Below, piece by piece: positions 56,440-64,000 of a stretch of 64,000 nt of DNA. The notes below the pieces were generated by a model, which had not been told where the DNA came from, searched no databases, and saw only the letters and a list, made by a program, of their open reading frames with translations. Source of the stretch: Bacteroidales bacterium (lineage in GTDB: Bacteria; Bacteroidota; Bacteroidia; Bacteroidales; VadinHA17); assembly GCA_035541795.1 (NCBI GenBank), contig DATKMR010000001.1:67532-131531 (forward strand). The letters are read 5' to 3'. The first letter of the stretch is position 1; each line of letters begins with the position of its first letter. Position numbers and translations under genes: made by a program.

Positions 56440-57591
56440 ATGAGAAAACTTTTACCCGTTCTGTTTACAATAGCAATCATCTTATCAGGCTGTGGATCGT
56501 CGAAGAAGCAGCTTGAAAAAGGAAATTACGATGCGGCCATTGAAAAGGCAGTAAAGCAGCTGAGAAAAAATGCCAACGATCAGAAAGAAGCAGCTAACCT
56601 TCAGTCGGCTTACAATATCGCGAATGAACAGGATAATGAAAGGATCAAAATGCTGAAGATGGAGGGCAAGCCTTCAAGCTGGGATGAAATATATCTCACC
56701 TATAAAAGACTGTACGACAGGCAGACGCTCGTCCGTACAGTTCCATCGCTTAATTATCCGTATGTCGACTATACCCAGGATATGCTGTCGGCAAAAAGAA
56801 AAGCTGCCGACTTTTATAATGCACACGGAATCGAGCTGATGAAAAACAATACCAAGGATTCATACAGGCAGGCATATGCAGAATTCGCCAGGGCAAAACA
56901 GTATGTCGGGGACTATGAAGGTATCGATGCCAGGATGACCGAGTCGAGAAGCATGGGCATCAGCAGGGTGCTGGTTCAGCTCCAGAACCGCTCTGTTCTC
57001 GTCTTCCCCAAGGAGATGGTCGATAACCTGCTCACTCTCGACCTGCCGCGCCTCAACAGCGACTGGGTTGAATATCATAACGTTGTGCTCGATCAGAATA
57101 TGCAGTTCGACTATTACATCAATATCAACATCAATAATATCGCAGTTGCTCCTGATCAGACTGTGAATGCCGACTCCACATTTAAAAAGGATATCGAGGA
57201 CGGTTTCAACTATGCCCTCGATAAGAAAGGGAATGTCATGAAGGATTCGACAGGCAATGATATCAAGATCAAGAAATACAAGACTGTTCAGTGCGCGCTG
57301 ATAGAAACTGTACAGAGGAAATCGTGCAGGATTGAAGGATCGGTTGAAGTGCTGCAGGTTAATCCCAGTAAGATGTTAAAACAGGATCCGATTGGTGCAC
57401 AGTCGAACTTTGAAAATATTTCATCAAGAGCAGTCGGTGATATCCAGGCATTGAGCCAGCAACAGATGAACAGGACAAAAAACAAGATTGTCCCTTTCCC
57501 CACCGACATAGACATGGTTATGAGATGTTCGGATAACCTGAAGATGGCTATCAGGGGTGTTATGATGAACGACAGGAGGTTTATTTATTAG
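56440..57591 (+). CDS. hypothetical lipoprotein
   Basis: The start is taken at ATG 56440 (MRKLLPVLFTIAIILSGCGSS, lipobox). I recognise no motif in it. Confidence 0.6.
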   Translation: MRKLLPVLFTIAIILSGCGSSKKQLEKGNYDAAIEKAVKQLRKNANDQKEAANLQSAYNIANEQDNERIKMLKMEGKPSSWDEIYLTYKRLYDRQTLVRTVPSLNYPYVDYTQDMLSAKRKAADFYNAHGIELMKNNTKDSYRQAYAEFARAKQYVGDYEGIDARMTESRSMGISRVLVQLQNRSVLVFPKEMVDNLLTLDLPRLNSDWVEYHNVVLDQNMQFDYYINININNIAVAPDQTVNADSTFKKDIEDGFNYALDKKGNVMKDSTGNDIKIKKYKTVQCALIETVQRKSCRIEGSVEVLQVNPSKMLKQDPIGAQSNFENISSRAVGDIQALSQQQMNRTKNKIVPFPTDIDMVMRCSDNLKMAIRGVMMNDRRFIY

Positions 57592-57611
57592 TACACATTT
57601 TATTGCATACT

Positions 57612-57649
57612 TTATGCCGCAAACAGATAAATTTGCGGCATAATTTTTT
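57612..57649 (+). terminator. rho-independent terminator of the lipoprotein gene
   Basis: Perfect 12-bp stem TTATGCCGCAAA / TTTGCGGCATAA followed by TTTTTT. It lies inside the over-extended track ORF for hflX. Confidence 0.75.
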
Positions 57650-57653
57650 CCTG

Positions 57654-58874
57654 ATGACAGGCAGCGAAAAACATGAAGTAAAGGCAGTTCTTGCCGGGGT
57701 AATCTACCCCGGGCAGGAAGAGAGGGAGGTCAGTGAATTTCTCGATGAGCTCGAGTTCCTCGCTGAAACCGCCGGTGCTAAACCTGTAAAACGTTTTATG
57801 CAGAAAATAGATTCCCCGAACCCCAGGACGTTCCTCGGGTCAGGCAAGATCGGGGAGATGGCGGAATTTATAAGGGACAGCGGTGCCGGCCTGGTCATAT
57901 TTGATGACGAGCTCACACCGAGCCAGATGAGAAATATTGAGAAAGAGCTTGATTGCCGGATCCTCGACAGGACAAATCTCATTCTCGATATCTTCGCCTC
58001 CAGGGCCAGGACCTCATATGCTCGTACGCAGGTGGAACTAGCCCAGTACCAGTATCTTTTGCCAAGGCTTGCCGGTATGTGGACCCACCTGGAGCGCCAG
58101 AGAGGAGGTATCGGGCTAAGGGGACCGGGAGAAACAGAGATAGAAACCGACAGAAGGATTATCCGTGAAAAAATAGCAAGGCTGAAGGAACAGCTGAAAA
58201 AAATCGATATCCAGATGTCCGTTCAGAGGAAAAACAGGGGAAAGATGATAAGAGTCGCACTTGTAGGTTATACCAACGTTGGCAAGTCGACACTGATGAA
58301 CCTCCTGAGCAAATCGGATGTGTTCGCTGAAAACAAGCTTTTTGCCACCCTCGATACCACTGTGAGAAAAGTTGTGATCGGCAACCTGCCTTTTCTTCTC
58401 TCGGATACGGTAGGCTTTATCAGGAAGCTGCCGCACCACCTTGTCGATTCTTTTAAATCAACGCTCGATGAGGTAAGGGAATCGGACCTGCTTCTCCATA
58501 TCGTCGATATCTCGCATCAGGGCTTCGAGGAGCAGATTAAAGTTGTAAACTCTACTCTGCGGGAACTGGGAACGGCGGAAAAACCCGTTCTGATGATTTT
58601 CAATAAGACAGACGCATTCACTTATGATAAGAAGGATGAGTTTGATCTTACTCCACGGGGAAAAGAAAATTATTCTCTCGACGACCTGAAAAAAACCTGG
58701 ATGGCATCCGACCGGCATTCGAGAACGGTCTTCATCTCAGCAAAGACAAAAGACAATATTGACGAACTGAAGGATATCCTTTATTCAGAAGTGAGAAAGA
58801 TACATGTTACCAGATATCCTTATGACGACTTCCTGTACAATAGTGACATAACATCAGGTGACGGGACCACTTAG
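57654..58874 (+). CDS. hflX: GTPase HflX
   Basis: HflX N-domain plus G-domain motifs 'GYTNVGKSTLMNLL' (G1), 'DTVGFI' (G3) and 'NKTD' (G4). The start is taken at ATG 57654, after the upstream terminator. Confidence 0.9.
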   Translation: MTGSEKHEVKAVLAGVIYPGQEEREVSEFLDELEFLAETAGAKPVKRFMQKIDSPNPRTFLGSGKIGEMAEFIRDSGAGLVIFDDELTPSQMRNIEKELDCRILDRTNLILDIFASRARTSYARTQVELAQYQYLLPRLAGMWTHLERQRGGIGLRGPGETEIETDRRIIREKIARLKEQLKKIDIQMSVQRKNRGKMIRVALVGYTNVGKSTLMNLLSKSDVFAENKLFATLDTTVRKVVIGNLPFLLSDTVGFIRKLPHHLVDSFKSTLDEVRESDLLLHIVDISHQGFEEQIKVVNSTLRELGTAEKPVLMIFNKTDAFTYDKKDEFDLTPRGKENYSLDDLKKTWMASDRHSRTVFISAKTKDNIDELKDILYSEVRKIHVTRYPYDDFLYNSDITSGDGTT

Positions 58875-58939
58875 CACATTGAGGAAGAAAGCAGGATTAT
58901 TTCATCAGGTACCACAATTCAATCTCTACTTGTATCGCA

Positions 58940-60538
58940 TTAATTCAGCGAGGCCCTCTTCTTGTTCCACCTTTCCCTCAGCCTGAAGGAATCAAAACCC
59001 AGGGATTTCCCTTTTGAGTTATCGTTTTTGCCCGTAAGTTCAAACCGAACGATATGCTTTCCTTTTTTCATCACGGTGCTGCCGAGATAGTAATCCTGAA
59101 TAACAGTCTCACTTGAATAGAGATCAATCTGCTTTGGTTTATTCGAGGGGTGGTTAAAATCCATATCAATAGTCATTGGCACCTCCGGTATAGGAACGCC
59201 GTCGATGAGCACTTTATAAATCCCGTAATCGTACGATTTGGTAAGCCTGAGAACAATTCCCCTGCGTTCTTCCCTGTCGAGGTTAAACTCAGCCTCAAGC
59301 CATGCTTTATCACCCGACGGGGTGAAAAATATCTGACCGGCACCGGTCCATCCGTAACCTGCCTGAAGGGTAATCTCACCCGGTGAATGTCGCAATCCTT
59401 TCATCAGATCCTTACCTTCCGTTGTCATGTCAAGATCAGGGAATTTACGGTTGGTGTAAGCGGGGAGAGTTGCAAAAGGAACTGCAGTCCCCTCCTGGTA
59501 CCAGAATGCAACTGTCGCCATATCGTCTTCCCGTTCGACATGACCGTCGACTTTACAGGTCTGGGTCTCGTCGGCTGACATCCAGCCTTTATGCTCGATC
59601 CTGAATTCCAGTGATTTTGTGAACCTCACAGGATCATTGAGATGCCAGCGGTAGAGGGTGAATTTAACACCCAGATCTTCTTCCGAGTCGGCACTTTTGT
59701 ATGTGCAGCCGAAGTATGGGAAGATGCATTTGTTCAGACCCCAGGCGCTAAGGAAATAGTCCTCTGTACCAGTTCCCCATACCGAAGGCTCCTTCTCTCC
59801 GTCGATATAGAATTTTGCATCACCCTCCCCGAACCAGTAAGGGCTTCTCGACCTGACCGACATTACTGTTCCGATATACTGGCCTCTACCCTCGGTCTTC
59901 ATTATAAGGTAATCGTCCCCTGTTTTTTCAGGGAACTCCTGCCTGTATCTGGCATGGAAGTAACCTGTGTTCTCAGGAAGCTTACCGACTTTTGTATAAT
60001 CGACCTGGTAATAGAAGCTCCTTACTTTTTTCTCACCATCGTTTGTTACTGTGATTCTTGCAGATTTCCTGAAAGGCATCGTCCAGAAACAGTTGTAACC
60101 GTCTCCTCCTTCAACTATTACAGGTATTGAGTTTATCTCATTCCTGATACCGAAGCCTGCCGCGAAGAAATCACCCAGGGGAACCTCCACAGCAGGAACC
60201 GGTGAATCATCCCAGTACATTCTGATCACGATCTCTGCCGGCGAGGCTGAACCATTTGCCTCAAGCCAGTTGGGCGCGGCTTCATTGAAGGTAAGCCAGA
60301 TGTGGTTTATTATACCTGGGCCTTTAATATTTGCCATTTCCAGGGTCTCCCCGGGAACAATATATTTGACCCTGTCGTCATTACTGTTAGCTGACGGAGC
60401 ATGTGAGCTTACTGCAGCCGATTTACCCATTGTTACAGCTGCAAGCCCGATATCAGGAACAGAATTCTGATTATTGCAGGAAATTAAGAGAAAAGGGATT
60501 GATGAGAGAAGGAGAATTTTCATGTTTTTCATACTCAT
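58940..60538 (-). CDS. DUF2961 / glycoside hydrolase family 172 protein (lipoprotein)
   Basis: Lipobox 'LISC'. Family-typical 'CFWTMPFRKSARITVTN' and 'WGTGTEDYF'. The start is ambiguous: GTG 60547, or ATG 60538, 60532 or 60523. Confidence 0.75.
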   Translation of the reverse strand: MSMKNMKILLLSSIPFLLISCNNQNSVPDIGLAAVTMGKSAAVSSHAPSANSNDDRVKYIVPGETLEMANIKGPGIINHIWLTFNEAAPNWLEANGSASPAEIVIRMYWDDSPVPAVEVPLGDFFAAGFGIRNEINSIPVIVEGGDGYNCFWTMPFRKSARITVTNDGEKKVRSFYYQVDYTKVGKLPENTGYFHARYRQEFPEKTGDDYLIMKTEGRGQYIGTVMSVRSRSPYWFGEGDAKFYIDGEKEPSVWGTGTEDYFLSAWGLNKCIFPYFGCTYKSADSEEDLGVKFTLYRWHLNDPVRFTKSLEFRIEHKGWMSADETQTCKVDGHVEREDDMATVAFWYQEGTAVPFATLPAYTNRKFPDLDMTTEGKDLMKGLRHSPGEITLQAGYGWTGAGQIFFTPSGDKAWLEAEFNLDREERRGIVLRLTKSYDYGIYKVLIDGVPIPEVPMTIDMDFNHPSNKPKQIDLYSSETVIQDYYLGSTVMKKGKHIVRFELTGKNDNSKGKSLGFDSFRLRERWNKKRASLN

Positions 60539-60656
60539 AATTATCACGGTACTTATAAAGATAAATGATAATCATGAAATAATCGTTCCCGTTTGGAAAC
60601 CCTTTCAAATTCTTTCAACCTGGCTTTGTGAACCGGGTCCGGCAGATATCCCGGAC

Positions 60657-61646
60657 CTAGTACAGCTTATTCGCTACCATGTACTCCGCGATCTGCACCG
60701 CGTTGGTTGCAGCGCCTTTCCTTATGTTATCGGAAACGACCCAGAGGTTCAGGCATTTTTCCCTGGAATAGTCTCTCCTGAGCCTGCCAACAAAAACCTC
60801 ATCCCTGTTGTGAGCAAGAATAGGCATCGGGTATTTGTGTTCTGCCGGAACATCATATAAAACACAGCCGGGGAAATCGCGGATCAGGTTGCGGACATCA
60901 TCAAGATCGTACTCTTTTTCGAATTCGATATTCACGGCTTCGGAATGACCACCGACAACCGGTATCCTTACTACTGTTGCGGTTACCTGTATCGACTGGT
61001 CACCAAGGATCTTTCTTGTCTCGTCAACAAGCTTCTGCTCCTCCGTGGTATAACCCGACGGTAACCACGAGCCTCCGAACGGAAAGCAGTTCATGTCGAT
61101 TGGATGCGGATAGGCCATCTCTCCCTTAACACCCCGGCGTTCGTTTTCCATCTGTGCAACAGCTTTGACTCCTGTTCCTGTTACCGACTGGTAAGTGGAG
61201 ACAACCAGTCTTTTAATCTTATACTCTTTATGAAGCGGGGCCAATGCCATAACCATCTGTATCGTCGAGCAGTTCGGATTGGCTATGATCCTGTCTCCTT
61301 TTTTGATATCATGGCTGTTAATTTCAGGAACGACAAGCGGGATATTCTTATCCATTCTCCATGCCGAGGAGTTGTCAATTACAATCGTGCCATTAGCAGC
61401 AAAAGCAGGGGCCCATTCTTTTGATGTGCCGGCTCCGGCTGAAAATATCGCGAATACCGGTTTCGCCTCGACAGCCTCTTCAACACTCACAACTTTTACG
61501 GGCCTTCCGTTGAACATTATCTCCTTGCCGACCGATTTTGAAGACGCGGCAGCTATGAATCCGGTAACTGGAAACTTTCTCTCTTCAAGGACTTTGATCA
61601 TTGTTCTTCCGACCATGCCAGTAGCACCCACCACAGCTGTTTTCAT
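60657..61646 (-). CDS. asd: aspartate-semialdehyde dehydrogenase
   Basis: 329-aa ORF with 'VVGATGMVGRTMIKVLEER' NAD(P) binding and 'NPNCSTIQMV' active-site Cys. Confidence 0.93.
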   Translation of the reverse strand: MKTAVVGATGMVGRTMIKVLEERKFPVTGFIAAASSKSVGKEIMFNGRPVKVVSVEEAVEAKPVFAIFSAGAGTSKEWAPAFAANGTIVIDNSSAWRMDKNIPLVVPEINSHDIKKGDRIIANPNCSTIQMVMALAPLHKEYKIKRLVVSTYQSVTGTGVKAVAQMENERRGVKGEMAYPHPIDMNCFPFGGSWLPSGYTTEEQKLVDETRKILGDQSIQVTATVVRIPVVGGHSEAVNIEFEKEYDLDDVRNLIRDFPGCVLYDVPAEHKYPMPILAHNRDEVFVGRLRRDYSREKCLNLWVVSDNIRKGAATNAVQIAEYMVANKLY

Positions 61647-61741
61647 CTCAGTTAATTTTGCTTTTTAAATGAATTTTAAAGAAATTTACTATTAAATAAA
61701 AAACGGTCAAAATTAACTTTTTTTTCAAACTGTCCCGCTGC

Positions 61742-64000
61742 ATGAAAAAAGTTATTTTGCTCTTGTGCTTTATTCCATTTACTCTTTCCGGCCAGGTTTC
61801 TTATGATTTTGAAACTGGCAATTCTTCGGGTTGGATACAGAGTACGGCCGGGCATTGGGCCACAGATACCACTTTGGCTGTCGCCGGACAATATTCGTTT
61901 CATCATGTCTTCGACAGCAACATTGCAGGTACGGACCAGGCAGGAACCAGGCTGCGCGGTCTCAACCCCTCGGAAAGTGAGACCTTCTGGTCATTCATGA
62001 TCCGTCACGGAACCGATCCATCGGCCTCTAACAGCTGGGCTTACTTTCTGATGTCCGACGCCGACCCGTCAAATATGTTACCGGGAGGCACCGTAAACGG
62101 ATTTGCGGTAGGGGTGAATATAACCGGATATGATGATACGCTCAGGTTGTGGAAAGTAAGAAACGGATCATTCCAGGCAATTGGAAATTTTGGGTTAAAC
62201 TGGCAGAATGATATCGGAACTGCACAAGCCGCTGTCATTGGTGTAAAAAGAACAATGCAGGGACTGTGGCAGTTTTCTGTCGCTGACCAGAAAGGTACGG
62301 TATCGTCGACTGGATACTGCAACGATCCTGAGCTTTTTGGTATTCACTGGCTTGGAGTATTTTACAGGTACACTTCCACGCGCGACAGGCTGCTCTGGCT
62401 CGACGACATTTCCGTTTCCGGCACCTTCGGCAGCCTTTCTCCGCCTGTCATATCCGGCCTGTCGGTTGAAAATGAAAATTGCCTCAAGATTCATTTCAGC
62501 AACGATATAAGCCCTTTATCAGCGATCCCATCCGGCATCAGCTATGATCCTGGCAACTCTTTCGCTACGTCGGTTGAGATAATGGATGCAAGGACTTTCC
62601 TCGTCTGCTTTGCCTTGCCATTTCCCGACAGGACAGGCTGCCGCCTGGCTGCCATGAATATATGTGATGAGGATTCACTTTGTACCGCGGGTACCGGATG
62701 GAGCTTTACACCGGCCCGGGCCGCACCCGGAGATGTGGCTTTTTCCGAGATCATGGCCGATCCGTCGCCACGGGTTTACCTGCCTGAAAGGGAGTATATC
62801 GAACTGGTAAATACTTCCGGTTTCATTTTTAACCTTGAAGGATGGAAACTCATTTCGGGTAACGACGAATTCCGGCTTCCGGAAATCAGTATTCTTCCCG
62901 GCCAGTTTCTTATTCTGTGCAACCAGGCTGATACAGGCTTGTTTTCCGTTTATGGAAGGTACGCTGGAATGAAACAGTTCCCGGTGCTGAATAATGCCGG
63001 GAAGCTGCTCCTCTTGGTGGACGAGAAGGGCAGGATGATTCATGGCATCTGTTATAATGAAGACTGGTACGGCGACGTTCTGAAATCAGGAGGTGGCTGG
63101 TCGCTGGAGATGATCGATAATCATTATCCTTTTTATTCCGAAGGCAACTGGAGAGCTTCCATTGCCTGGGAAGGTGGCACGCCCGGCAAGAAAAACTCTG
63201 TCGAAGCCTCCAATCCCGATCCGGGATTCGCCGGCATAGTCAACGCATTTCCGGCAGACAGCGAAACAATCATCCTGACTTTTTCAGAGCCGGTAAGGGA
63301 GCCCTCCGAAATATCTGCCCTGACAAGGATAGACGGGACAGGGATCAAAAGCATATCGCCATCCGGGCTGATGGGAAATGAGTTTATAATCCGGACAAGC
63401 CAGCCTCTTGATACCGGGAAGACATACCGCCTGGGCATAACCGGATCACTGACCGATTATGCCGGCAATGAACCGGAAAGAAAATTCTATATGCTGGGTC
63501 TCACAGGGAGAAGCAGTCCCGGAGATGTGGTTTTCAATGAGCTTCTCTTTAATCCGTTGCCGGGTGATGCAGATTATATTGAGCTTTTCAACCGGTCAGG
63601 AAAGAACCTTAACGCGGCCGATTTTCTTATCGCTTCGGTAAATGACGAAACGGCCGATACCACTGCAGCGGTGTCACTTTGCGATACAAACAGGTGTTTT
63701 CTTCCCGGACGGTACTATGCAATAAGCACGGACCGGCAGGGCGTCCTGAAAAGGTACCCGTATTCATCCGATTCGTCGGTATTTAATGTCGACCACATGC
63801 CTTCAATGCCTGATGACGGGGGCCACCTGGTACTATTCGACAAAAGTCATAATAAAACGGACGAGGTCCGATATAATGAGAGAATGCACTCCCCGTTGCT
63901 GTCAGGAAAAGAGGGAGTATCACTCGAAAAAGTCAGGCCTTCCCTGAATTCCCTCGACTTTAAAAGCTGGACGTCTGCTTCCGGAACATCGGGATGGGGT
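61742..64000 (+). CDS. large secreted lamin-tail-domain (LTD) protein, 3'-truncated by the window end
   Basis: Hand translation from ATG 61742 stays open for 753 codons to the window edge. It is absent from the ORF track because it has no stop in the window. It has a signal peptide (MKKVILLLCFIPFTLSGQ) and two LTD-type segments ('GDVAFSEIMADPSP...EYIELVNTS', 'GDVVFNELLFNPLPGDADYIELFNRS'). Confidence 0.8.
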   Translation, partial: MKKVILLLCFIPFTLSGQVSYDFETGNSSGWIQSTAGHWATDTTLAVAGQYSFHHVFDSNIAGTDQAGTRLRGLNPSESETFWSFMIRHGTDPSASNSWAYFLMSDADPSNMLPGGTVNGFAVGVNITGYDDTLRLWKVRNGSFQAIGNFGLNWQNDIGTAQAAVIGVKRTMQGLWQFSVADQKGTVSSTGYCNDPELFGIHWLGVFYRYTSTRDRLLWLDDISVSGTFGSLSPPVISGLSVENENCLKIHFSNDISPLSAIPSGISYDPGNSFATSVEIMDARTFLVCFALPFPDRTGCRLAAMNICDEDSLCTAGTGWSFTPARAAPGDVAFSEIMADPSPRVYLPEREYIELVNTSGFIFNLEGWKLISGNDEFRLPEISILPGQFLILCNQADTGLFSVYGRYAGMKQFPVLNNAGKLLLLVDEKGRMIHGICYNEDWYGDVLKSGGGWSLEMIDNHYPFYSEGNWRASIAWEGGTPGKKNSVEASNPDPGFAGIVNAFPADSETIILTFSEPVREPSEISALTRIDGTGIKSISPSGLMGNEFIIRTSQPLDTGKTYRLGITGSLTDYAGNEPERKFYMLGLTGRSSPGDVVFNELLFNPLPGDADYIELFNRSGKNLNAADFLIASVNDETADTTAAVSLCDTNRCFLPGRYYAISTDRQGVLKRYPYSSDSSVFNVDHMPSMPDDGGHLVLFDKSHNKTDEVRYNERMHSPLLSGKEGVSLEKVRPSLNSLDFKSWTSASGTSGWG

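Noticed and set aside
60625-60655. A GGTCCGG-(8 nt)-CCGGACC hairpin right after the asd stop.
   Set aside because: It has only a 7-bp stem with no U-tract on the relevant strand. This is too weak to call a terminator or anything else.

Overview
This 64-kb segment looks like a Bacteroidota (Bacteroidia-like) chromosome. Supporting signs are TAnnTTTG-type -7 promoter boxes with no Shine-Dalgarno sequences, many lipoprotein and Sec signals, the gene order rplM-rpsI-rpsB-tsf, and families typical of the phylum (DUF2723, DUF5916, GH172, LTD). Coding density is high, with about 50 protein genes plus one tRNA-Ala(GGC). I found no rRNA, CRISPR array, transposase, integrase, reverse transcriptase, restriction/modification gene or recognisable defence gene, and no long DNA repeats.

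The content falls into three groups:
- Core housekeeping: frr, pyrH, tsf, rpsB, rpsI, rplM, purD, mpg, hflX, asd, tonB.
- Scattered glycan-degradation genes without SusC/SusD: GH30, GH3 bglX, GH2, GH172, and a Tat-exported sugar-phosphate isomerase.
- Envelope genes: an O-antigen-ligase-like protein, a DUF2723 GT-C protein coupled to a NodB deacetylase, several OM beta-barrels, and an exported TldD/PmbA pair.

I cannot point to an unambiguous novel system. The best candidates are:
- The divergent locus at 21470-28882. On one side is a 1035-aa ABCG-type transporter with unusual extra domains followed by two orphan exported proteins. On the other is an orphan secreted protein with a LytS-type kinase and a LytTR regulator. 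A GC-rich inverted repeat lies between the two operons.
- A stand-alone 952-aa secreted fibre protein (51957-54815) with about 30 beta-helix-like repeats and a phage-type S74 intramolecular-chaperone C-terminus. It sits next to tRNA-Ala with no prophage around it.
- A Tat-signal TldD paired with a signal-less PmbA, which suggests hitchhiker export.

Several small structured non-coding elements and a 38-aa lipoprotein gene missed by the ORF track are also reported. All family assignments come from reading motifs by eye; no database search was run.
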